This document shows, in pieces, positions 11,901 to 23,900 of a DNA stretch of 64,000 nucleotides. The stretch is taken from NCBI RefSeq assembly GCF_964355755.1, contig NC_092678.1, forward strand, positions 9,130,422-9,194,421. The letters are read 5' to 3'. The DNA is from Antedon mediterranea (Eukaryota; Animalia; Echinodermata). Below the pieces are notes generated by a model. The model was not told where the DNA came from. It saw nothing but the letters and a program-made list of their open reading frames with translations, and did not search any database. The first letter of the stretch is position 1. The number at the start of each line of letters is the position of its first letter. The position numbers were made by a program, and so were the translations under genes.

Positions 11901-14900
11901 TTATAAATTGTACCATTGGACTGATTTATCATAATATTGTAAGATTTATCACACAAATTACGTTTGTACGTGGTTTAAAATAGGAGCTACTATCAGTTTT
12001 TAGTAAAAAATGGGGGCCATTTTGAAATCCAAGATGGCGGCCAAAATAGGGTCGGAAAAAATTGGCCCCCAGTTGCAATGAATTCTGCTGGTCCCAAGGA
12101 TTCCAAAACTGCCAAGAACTCAACTTGAGCATTAAAATCTCACGGAATTACATTAGGTTCCCCACTAAGGCCATTATGCAGTTTTAATGAAGTTGTTCAC
12201 TTCCATAAAAAAAAAGAACGGGGAAAAATTATTTCACCTATAAAAAGACAAAATAAACAGTTAAATTACCCAAAAACTCATTGGCTTCCAGACAATTTGA
12301 CCATTTTTTGCTTTAAATTACATTTTTTTCAGGTAAATAATTTTTTTTGAAAAAAAAACATTTAAAGAACTGACTACAAAAGATTGCTCACGTTAGTTTT
12401 ATATAACAGTCATCCACCCTGCGAAACCTAATAACCTTTAACCTACAGTAGTAAGTAGGCCAGGTAGCCTACGTTGGCTAGGTTACAGGACTGATTGCCC
12501 ATAAAACATTCGATGTATAAATATCAACACCCCAGACAGTGTAAATGACCTTTCCAGACCGAAAACCATTCTGCCCGAAATTACGATACTCTCTCGATAC
12601 AACTCCATATTTTATTAGTGGAAATGCATTTTTATTTAACATCAATCTTATCAAGCCAGCCAAAGCTGAATACGTACATTAAAAGTACAAAGAACAATGT
12701 AAACCTATAAACAATTATTTGCAATTAGCAATGTATAATAAATAAAATCAACCATGGAGAAGGTGGAAAGATTATATACACTGCCATGGGAATGGATACT
12801 TGAGAGGCGCCATATGTAAGTTGTGTGAACACCCATATAACTATTTGGTCAAAGTTGAATTATATCTTTCGAGGGTGTAAATATATAATAATATGCAACC
12901 GAGAGTAAAATTAAATTTAACTTTTTAACGACAATTTGCAATATCATAATCTATGGCGTACCAAACTGTCATTTATTTAGGCAACTAAAATATCTTAGTT
13001 TTTAATAGATGTAGTTAGTTTACATAGATCTTAGGTTCCAATAGAGATATATCCCTGTTTATAACCAAGATATCTTTTCAATAAAGATATCTCTATTATT
13101 CCAATTAGAGACAATTAATATATGTCTTAAGAGATATTTCATAGTTTTGTTCCCTTGAGTTAGGCCTATTAGCAATTTAGTATTCCTATCAAATAAACTT
13201 GGTAGGCCTATAGACGACGCAATTCCCATGAGAATAAATAGGCCTATACTAACTATTATATTAAAATAAATGTATTAACTAAAATCATTTCATTACTACT
13301 CAACTTATCAGATGTTATCGTAAATAGTGTTGTCATTTTCTTAATCAATATTATCGGTATCGATATAAATCTTCAACCCTCTTTAATATTTATTACCAAA
13401 ATTGGTAGGCATATAGGGCTACGCGTTATACATCAGTATAAACTGTACTTATACTCGACGCAAAGTATTCAAGTTCCATATTAGACTGAAATGAATTTTG
13501 TCTACACAGAATGAATTTTGTCTACACAGAATGAATTTTGTCTACACAGAATAATTTTTGTCTACACAGAATACATTTTGTCGCCACAAAATGAATTTTG
13601 TCCACACAGAATTAATTTTGTCTACACAGAATTAATTTTGTCCACACAGAATTAATTTTGTCGAGACAAAATGAAGTTTGTCAAGACAAAATTAATTTTG
13701 TCCACACAGAATAAATTTTGTGTTGAACAAAATGAATTTTGTATTGACAAAATTAATTATGTGTAGACAAAATTGTAATATTTCGACAAAATTAGCAATG
13801 TCCCATACGGCGCCCCGTACTACTATGTCTTTACAACGCTACTCATGCCAGTGAGAGGGAAGGGTGATGATATGGGTGGTTTAACTGCAATAATAAAGAT
13901 TTGTACATACTATACGGCGACTGAAACCATTATCCGTCTAAAAAAAATTATATTCAACCTCTGCAGCACAGATTGAAAAAAAATGGATCGAATTTCTGTT
14001 ATGAGTATAGAGTACTTTCCTTTACGACGCCTGAGGGAATAGACACTTGTGGAACGACACAGAGATTGGAATGTTCCATTCATTGCAAATCAATACATTT
14101 GTATAAACGTATATTAAATCTATCAAAATAGTATTTTTTTAAGAAAATCGGCCTGTCTTCAACATTATGATACTGTACTCGAGCTGTTCAACGGGTTTTC
14201 AGCTATTAAAAACAATTATCGTAGGAGGAGATAGGAAAATGCGAAGCCTCCTCGCATTTTTGTGGCGGGTATTTTTCAAGATGGACATCCATTAGACAGT
14301 GTATATCACGATCGGAAAACACCCCTATTTGGGGCAAATCGTTGAACCTAAATTCGTTTTAATCGTCAATAACTAATTATCTAACATAATTTAATTAGTA
14401 AACAGGGTTACATCAGGTGGTTAAAATCAGTACCGAAAGTACGAACCAACTTTATATACCATTGAGTAAAAATTCTAAAAGTAAGGTGCGATTTACCGAA
14501 TTTTGCCCTTACGTAAATTTATATATAGATACCTGTAGGTCAACCAAATTAAGGTTTGATCCTGATCTGGCCAGCTTTTTATACGAATCGCACCTAGATA
14601 TTTGTAGCTTTCAACAGATTCGATTTCCTGAATAATCATTTTTAGGGGGCCAGAAGAGTGAAATTCTTTCGAAAATCCATTATTGTTTCTTTTGTTTTCT
14701 TTTAAATTAACAGGAAACCATTTACATTCACCAATTAGATAAAGTATCAATGTCATCATGATTCTATTTCACTAAGGGCGCGTTTATACAACACGCTATT
14801 ACACGCATATTCTACACGCCTACGAGAAGTGTGTTGTATAACAACAAAGAGATTCCGTGTAATGAGATTTTAATTGCAAAAAAGGCTACTTGGCTGAATC

Positions 14901-17900
14901 CTAAAATTTGGTGGATTCTCGGTCGCCGTTACTGTGTTGGAAGTGTCCTCAGGGTATATTTTGACCTCTCGTTAAAACAGGTCGTAATATCAATCATGTC
15001 ATGCGACGTCTAACAAGATTGGGCCCATTTATTGCTGCTTCGCTGCCAGCAATCATCCTCCTACCACGTCTTACGCCTAGCCTGGTAGGGCCAACTCGTA
15101 GTGGTAGTAGGCCTCTATAGACTATCGTTTCCCACTCCAAACAGAATAAAAAATAACATCGCAAAAATGGCATCTTCTTCCATAGTGTATAGATGAAACA
15201 ATGAAACCCTTAAAATAACTTTTATTAATTTAAATGAACCGAGAACAAAATAAACAACAATGCAAACGTGAACGAATACAATAATGAAAACGGTAAAAAC
15301 CGCGCGAATACATCGGACAGCGAGGAGGCGACGATGATTTGTTGACAACCCAGCCAACAATTCAATTCAAGCGATCAACGATTTGACCTTTTATCCTAGC
15401 ATGCACTGCGTGTTGATGAAACTTCCGGTACAACACGGTATCGTGATTTCTAGTATAACAGCAAACGTTAAGGTGGGTTGACCTCGGTCCGAACAACACG
15501 CTAAAAATTAAAGCCGTGTTCAAATTTAGGGTGTTGTATAAACATGACCTAACTCTAACCTTTAAAGACCCCTTCCCTGCAATTTTGGACGTTTTTTGGA
15601 AAATTATACATATATATCACTTTAAAAACATTAAACCATGTCATTTCTTGTCTTAAATGTACGTTTTATGGTAAATTATGATAAAAAGTGAGAAACAATG
15701 CACTACCTAAGTAGCTCGCGGCGATCGACCTCTCGTGGACGGTCTTAGGCCTAGCCTAGCTAGGCTTAGTTTTGTAGGCCTAGCTGGTAAACATCGGTAA
15801 CGTACGAACATCGTACGCGAGCTATATACCTAGCCTGACGTTGTATAGTTGCTGCATTAATTGTCTTTCTATTTTTGCCAGACTCCGTTGATACAAATTG
15901 GGGAAAACCCGGTATTTTCGCTGAAAAGTTAGGAGTCTTCCATTTGTTTTGGCCTCACGATCGATCGAAAAGTGGGCGAATTACAGGTGAAAAACAAAAA
16001 TATCAATCCGCGCGCAATGCATTTTGGGATTTATAGCGGGCCGCTATAATTATTAAAATCGACTTATTTTTCACATTTTTAACCGTTTAAAGACGAAAAA
16101 AGTTATCGCAATAGGACCATATAGTATTATTTTTACATTAAATATAGTTTGTGATCTTAAATTAGATCTAAAAAACGTAGGGAATGGGGCTTTAATAGGC
16201 CAACTATCCCGGTGTCATCAGCATATTTTAAGTACTGTAATGTATGTTATTGATTGGTTACAGTATAATAAAAGGGGGCTTAAAACACTTCCTTGGGTGA
16301 TCCAATGTTAGGAATGATAGTTACCAAATTATACCTTCTGTGTTCGATTACATAAGAAACTCTTGATGCACTCAATTATGAAAGGAATCTTGTCTAACTT
16401 AATCAACTTATTTATTAAAATGGCAGGATTAAAATGGATGAAAGGACTATAACGATTTAACGATATCACGTTTGTAATCATATCTTCACAAGCATGAATC
16501 ATAATTAAACCAAATTTGGTACTCATAAATTTCAAGTCATATTCCATCATATGGCAATACAATTACGTGCGTAGCGCATATAACGCATACGTACGCACGC
16601 TTACAATTTTCGAAGTTGTCAACATTTATTTTCAATGAAATTAGAGTACGTTTCAGGCAATTTTAAGCGTTAAAAAAATTGCCATGAGTGCGCAGATTTT
16701 TGCATGTGCACTCTTTTTGGCCGATTTCTGTTTTACAACCTTACATTAATATATCATCATATTTGATTCACTTTTCAACTCGAAATTGCTCATATATTAA
16801 AGTTAATTGTATACTTTGACAGTGCATCATTTTGTAAACATTTTAAAGATGTCATCATAGTAAACAATTATAATTCATTGCAGTATGTAATAATCTATCT
16901 GCACCAAAGTGGTTACTGCATAGTACATATGTATGAGGAATCTTTTTTTCAACTTATAGACAGTTGTGTATGGCTCGGTGGTCTGTGCTCGTGTCTATAG
17001 CATTCAAGGTACCGAGATCGAGTCTCACCTCGGGAAACAAAACAAATAAGAATTTTTTTTAATATCCGTATTGTTTATTCAATTTTATTTCTTAGTGTTT
17101 AGATTATACACATGATTTATAATGAAATCTAGATAAAAAGAAACTTATGTCTTTTATTCAACAAACGTGGTTTTTAACATTATACGCTGAGTGATCTTTG
17201 ATCGGATTGTGATACCAGCTATCAATCGAGGTAGGCCAAGGCTAGAGACCCGGCTAGAGGCCTAGCGTGCATGTCGGAACGAGTGGATTATCGCTACAAC
17301 AAGTTTGAACAAAAGAGCTTACGAAAATATTAGGTTTTTTTTTGGTTTTTTTTTTAAACGTATAGGCCTACTTGCTTGGCGAATCCATGCCTTTGAAATC
17401 ATTTAACAAGTTTGTAATCGGATCGTAGTACTGTACAGTAAAACCAAAAAACACCGCCTCAACAACCTCGTGCGCGATGTGTTGTGTACGATCTGTTGTT
17501 CTTTGCAGCAGATCAACATTAGTAGAGTCCATTAATTATGAGGGTGTTTCAAAATATGATAACTATTAAATACGGGTCAACGTGGAGAAACTAAACTGTT
17601 CGTTTCAAAACTAAATATATGTGGTAAACTTTATATCAACATAATAATTAGCCATAAAAAATTGGAGAGAAACTGATCTAATTCTGGTTTTTTTTTCAAT
17701 TATAGAAAATTAAAATTAAACATTTACATTAGTTTTTTATTTAAATAATGTATTCCATTATAGAGACCACTACAATCAAGGACTTCCATTCTTTTGTTTA
17801 TACCGTAGTTCCCCGGGTATAATCCCACCCCCCTTGTACGTGAAATTTGCCCGAATTTGGGAGGTGGGACTATACCCGGGGATTTCCCGCTGCATGAACT

Positions 17901-20900
17901 GAAAATGACGATATTTCTTCTAGCTACGATTTAGGCTATCTAAAAGCTATATTCCGATGTAGGCCTAGCAATTAGACGGCCAGGCCATCTAGGCCTAGGC
18001 GGCCTAATTGGTCTTACCTGTGCTATGCCTACCGTATAGATTTTCCCCGAGATTTCTACTTAAAAAATACCCTAAAATGTGATCTAGGCCTAGCTTCCTA
18101 AATCGACATGAACTCGATCGATACATGTTCACTCACACGCTCGAATCGCATGTTGTTGCATGTGACACAAACTCTACTGTGCACAAGCTGGTCGGTATAG
18201 AGGGCGGTGTTTTTTTTACGGTAATCAAGCATGCACACAGTAGTGTAAACAACAAGAAAGAATGTACACGACGGCGAAAGGATGTACAGAACGTGACGAT
18301 CGGGGCCTTATTGTATTCAACTTAACAATGTTTGATGAGTTTTAAGTCAGCCAAATTCAGAGAAATCACTCTATTTTTTTGGTGAGAAATTGACGTCGGC
18401 CTAGCTAGCTACAGTAGGCCTAGGCCCACCTCTGGCCTAATGTAAAATTATACACTGGGACTTTGCCCGGGGATATGCTTGCGTGTGAAGGTAATCGTAA
18501 AGTCGGGGGTGGGATTATACCCGAGGTGGGATTATACCCGAGGAACTACGGTAATTGATATTCCAATGCAATCCATGTTTAGAAGGATACCTGCATGAAA
18601 AAACAAATGGCAAATTTGAAATACCTTTACTGCTACTTTGCGTGGAAGTAATGAGATATCAACTCTAGCTCCCCCTCTAAGGTAAAAGGAATAGTCTTCA
18701 CCATCAAGTTCTCCTCGTTCAATCCTCTGTATTAAAAACAGAAAGAAAATACAATCAGTTTATAATAATAAAATATTCTTAATTTTAATTTCAAATACAT
18801 TGATTTTATTGTTGCTTAATTGTAAATAGTAATTATTGTTTAGTTTAGCTACTTTATTTATTCAACATTTTCTGGTTTTTGTTTTTTTTTTAAATGCAAA
18901 CATTCCCAAATTTGAACTATACAATATATTTAATTTGATATTAGAATTGAGAATAACTTTGTGTTTACAACTTTTTATCGAACCTGTCACGGTGATGAGT
19001 TCAAATCTAGTTAATATTATTTATTATTACTCTATATTTAAAAAAATGATCATCTTGTTTGTCATAATTCATATATTTGTAAAACATTTTTACATGATAC
19101 TTGACAACTTAAGAAATTTTCATTACGCCCACGAGTTTTAATACTTTTGTTCAAGAATGTTATTATTTGATAATCCATTTTAATGATATGTAATTTGTTA
19201 TTCTTTATATCCAACGTGTGACAGTCATAATGTACAGTAAACCAGTGAGTGACCTTTGCTATACCCTCTGTGATCTTTTATTTCTTCTGATAAAAAAAAA
19301 CATACACAAAAAAAAAAGATTTTATCTTCAATTATTAAAGAAAATGATATTCTATTCGATTCTTTGTAATTCACTTTAGTTTTTCTCAGAAAAACACATT
19401 TTTATATATAAGTTTATAAATCATAATATTATAAATGAATACAGTATAAATGAACTCTAAACTAGCTTGTTCTTTATATACATAAAAGCACATTCAATAA
19501 ACTGTATGTATATTTACTATGTATTATTACTAGTCCTATATTAATTAAATATCCGAATTAACACTATCTAGCCTATGTCTTATATATTTTATAAGCCTAT
19601 GAATCATCGGATTATTGTTTATGTTGTGAATTGAGAGTTGAGCGAGAGTGAAGCTGGGGAAGATGCGATGTGTATGTATGTATGTGGGAGGTTTTGAAAT
19701 TACATTTCGTTTTCAATGTTTCTAAAAACAAAATCGACAAGGCAATGATAATATCAATAATAATAATTGAACATACACTTTTAATCAACGGCACACTTAT
19801 AAAAAAAGGGGAATAACTAAATAATTATGTTCATCAGATGATCGGTCATTGTAAAGCGCTTTGATCCTTGTAAAGGCGCTATATAAATAGAAATGTTAAT
19901 GTTAATGTTAACAACGAAAAATATTAAAGGCATAAAAAGAAATTCTAGGCCTAAACATGTATTTTGCTGTAATACAGAATCAGCATGTATAGATAAAATA
20001 CTAATAAAATCTATTGATAGCAAGGAAAGTAGAGCGTTTTTCATGCCCTTTTGTAGTACATCTTACAAAACTTGTCAAAAATAATCTGAGTTTGTTTATT
20101 ATTTACATGGTGGTCACTTCTTTAGTGTTAGATGCATTTTGACTTCTATAGAGTTTATATAAATACCATGATAATATTATTATTAAGGTTGTGATATTGC
20201 AATTTTAGATTTAATTGCATGGTTTCTTCCTCCCTAATGTCCTTGTAGAAGGGATATGAAACGGCCACAAATGTGAAAACGGCCACAAATCTGAAAACAT
20301 ATCACCCACAAATGTGAACACGGCCACAAATCGGAAAACGTATCACCCACAAATGTGAAAACAACTACAAATGTGAAAACGTATCACCCACAGATGTGAA
20401 AACAACCACAAATGTGAAAACGTATCACCCACAAATGTGAAAACAACCACAAATGTGAAAACAACCACAAATGTGAAAACGTATCACCCACAAATGTAAA
20501 AAAAAAATTTAAAAATAGTGCTAGACTCAAACAATTTTGTAAATATATCATGATTATTTCCAGTTGTTTCAATACTTGTGTGTTCACGATATGTCTGTTA
20601 GGGTCACCGTTAACGCGTTGGATTATTAATATTTTGCTGCTAGTGCGCGTGATATTAGCATTGGTAACTCGTTGGTTTAATGTAATAGTTCAAGACGGTA
20701 TTTGCTATTTGATGTTTTTTCATACGATAATACAAGGTCAAGCTGGTCATATATACTATTGCACTTGTACTATTGCTACTTGTAGTGTTTGGTTGTTAAC
20801 TCGTTGGCTTACTTTTAGGTACGTATTGTTCCAAGTCGATTCAATGTTTTTTGCCCGCACAAACAATACAACAATGTCATGGTCATATTTACCATTGCTA

Positions 20901-23900
20901 CTTGTGGTGTTTGGTTGTTCTCTTAGGTTTACTATTGTATGTTGTGCATGTGCATGTGCACGACCTACAAGGTCATGTACAGTATACCATTGCTACTTGG
21001 GTGGGGAGTGGGGGTGGGGGCCTGTGCTTGTTATCTTGTTGGCTTACTTTATGTACGACTAGTTCCAAGTCGATGTTCAATGTTTTTTGCGCACATACAC
21101 GATACTACAAGGTCAAGGTTATATAGTGTCAGCAGCTGTATAACGAAAGTTAAATTAGAAATTTTTTAGGGGGTTTGTGGGTCACTACGACATTAAGGAG
21201 TAACGCCCCTACACCGAAATATGCAAAGTACTAAGTTTAGTATAAAATTATACTTTTGTTCTATACATCAGTAAGCCATGGAATTTCTTCTAAAATAAAA
21301 GTAGATTGTTTGATTCAATTAATCGATTGATAAGCAAATTTTTATTGTTTCTGAAATTATCAAATAGAATATCAATTAAAAAAACATCATTTAATGACAA
21401 AAGAACAATAATTAAAACTATTAACTAAATTCATCTGCTTCCGAATATAATTAACTGGAAAATTATTGCTGTTATGTTAACCAAAAAATACACAAACTAA
21501 AGGTACTGTATACCAATTGTGTATGTATTTTTTTGGTTCAACATAAAGTAATAATTTTCCAGTTAATAATTAAAACTAAAATATTTCTTCTTTAAACCTA
21601 AACCTAAACTTTATGGTGTTATTAAACGCCATAATTGAAAAAAATTGAATTGATATTAATTTATGTTATTAAAATAACATAAACATCAATTTTAAAACTG
21701 TAGTGATTACCGACGAAATTGTAAGTAGGTAATCGATTAACTAAAAAATCTCTATTTAAAACTAAGATATCTCTATTAAAAACTAAGATATCTCTATTAA
21801 AAACTAAGATATCTCTATTAAAAACTAAGATATCTCTATTAAAAACTAAAATATCTCTATTAAAAACTAAAATATCTCTATTTAAAAACTAAAATATCTC
21901 TATTTAAATAAAAAAAAAGATATCTTATATATTGTTTAAAGGTTTGGGTTAGGTTTAGGACATACAAATAAGAAGTGGTTTTCTATACAATTCGTATTAG
22001 ATAAATTACATATACCATTACTCACTGGTGACCAGTTACATTTTCTACCCTCCAATGGCAGAGTATTTGTACGTAACTTAGATTGAATGCTTACACTAAG
22101 TTTTCCAAGCCTGGGGTTTTTCTTTAGAGACCTGTATTCATTGAGCGATGATTTCTCATTCAGCTCTTGATTCCAATTAGCACTGTGAGTTAACAATTTC
22201 TTTGTTTTTTTACGAATATAATGTGTTATAGTAGCATTACATTTAGTGAATAACTCTTCCAAGTACAAATTAACATCTTATACATCTAAAATTACAATTT
22301 GAATCAAATTTATTAAAGGAATTGAGTTTTGATGCACACATTTATTCGATAATTAACCTGAATTACAGAGATAGACGACCAGCCAAGTTCACCATAAAAT
22401 GCTGAGTGTGTTACGAGAGGCTTTTAGATACCTCGTGCCATTTGAAGTTGTAATTTTTCAAGTTTTTCAACATCATGATGGCTACCACACCATGTCGAGC
22501 AAGCGTAGTGCATTGACGGCAAGGCAATTGCCTTCCATTAAGATATCATACCATAATATATATAATGTATTTGGTTAAAACCATTACAATTTTCAATGGT
22601 ACTGACTTATAGGCAATAAGCTTATTACATTCCTTATTGTATTTTCAAAATGAACATGATCATTTAAATTATGTGATAAAAACACCTAAGTACTATAAAA
22701 ACTATTTACTTCTAAAATGCTTAATTTTCATATTTTCTTTTTATTCATTAATATTCATTCTTTTATTTATTTTGAATAGTACCCATATACAAATCATACA
22801 GAAAAAACAAGAAGATAAACAATTACACCATATAAGCAACTTCCACAAAACCAACCTACAATATCTTAAAAAAAAAAAAAAAATTGCACCAACGCTGAGT
22901 CATACAGTATACATTAACATAATTAACATAATACGTTTTAAATAACTTACATTTCACTTCAACGGAACATTTGGAGAATGGAGAATGTCCTGCATAATGT
23001 ATAGCTCTGGTACACAGAGCTTGATATACCGTTTCTTAATATCATTATCATCATTCATAGAGTTACAAATCACATGACCCAAGTATGTTATACAGTCAAC
23101 AAATTCAAGGTCAGTATGATGGTTTAGCCTAACACAAGGTAACCGTGTAACTTACGTACATGGGGACATAATATTAAATACACTTGGATTTTTCAGTATT
23201 GTACACAATATCTCGATTCGTACCATAAAGTTCACAAACAGTTAAATGAGATTCTGTACTCCAATAGCAGAAGGAGCCACGAGAACCATGTCATGAGCGT
23301 AACTGAGACAATTAACTTTGTTAACCAATAGTATACCCATGATTGGACTCTCTAAGTTGTACATTAAGATCGTCAATATTGTTTTGGGTTTATATCAAAG
23401 AGATTGTATGTAACGAACTGAATTACTTATACTCTCTTCAAAGATTATCTAACACTCAAAGGAGAGGAATAATAAACTTAATATTCAAAATAGGCCAAAG
23501 ACAGAGTCATGATAATTGGAGACCCATAACTCTATTTAACATAGATTACTGTACAAGATAATGACACATGTTCTATGTAATAGATTACAACAAATAATAG
23601 GATCTATAATTAATAATGACCAAAAAGGATAGGCAGGTTTGGAGGTGAAAACGTAAGATTAGTTGAAGACATACTAAATTACTCAAGTAACAAAGACAAA
23701 CCTAGAGCAATTGTATTTTTAGACCAAAGCTTTTGATTCTTTTAGATATAAATGTAATACTTAAAGCGCTGGTTCACTTTGGTTTTGGAAATATACACAG
23801 ATACTGAATGTGTAATAACAAATAACGGATATGTATCTGAAAGGATGTCTTTTATCTGCTTTATTATTCATTCTAGTAGTTAATGGCAGTTACTGTATGT

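Larger units (their letters stand above)
8578..13817. mobile_element. Foldback-like DNA element with long TIRs built from 20-bp tandem repeats
   Basis: Termini CGGGGCGCCGT(T/A)TGGGACATTGCTAATTTTGTCGAAATATTAC are inverted at both ends and flanked by TA; subterminal arrays of ~GACAAAATTCATTTTGTGTA at 8610-8920 and 13490-13790. Confidence 0.8.
7846..14529 (-). mobile_element. Non-autonomous Helitron, copy B, interrupted by nested insertions
   Basis: 7846-8430 matches 6636-7215 and 13914-14529 matches 7219-7845; 5'-TCTATATAT start; the dimer sits between A and T. Confidence 0.8.
14535..16420 (-). mobile_element. Decayed LINE RT fragment interrupted by two MITEs
   Basis: IKSFLCNRTQKV (~16350), KYADDTGIVGLL (~16200-16230) and IESVESYKYLG (~14600) appear in the correct order. 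Confidence 0.7.

Noticed and set aside
20259-20500. CRISPR-like array
   Set aside because: The intervening sequences are 2-7 bp and repetitive, not unique spacers; there are no cas genes and the context is eukaryotic.
20550-21169. Longest ORFs (170, 91 and 76 aa) as genes
   Set aside because: Overlapping frames in a TG-rich repeat, with no domain or splice support.
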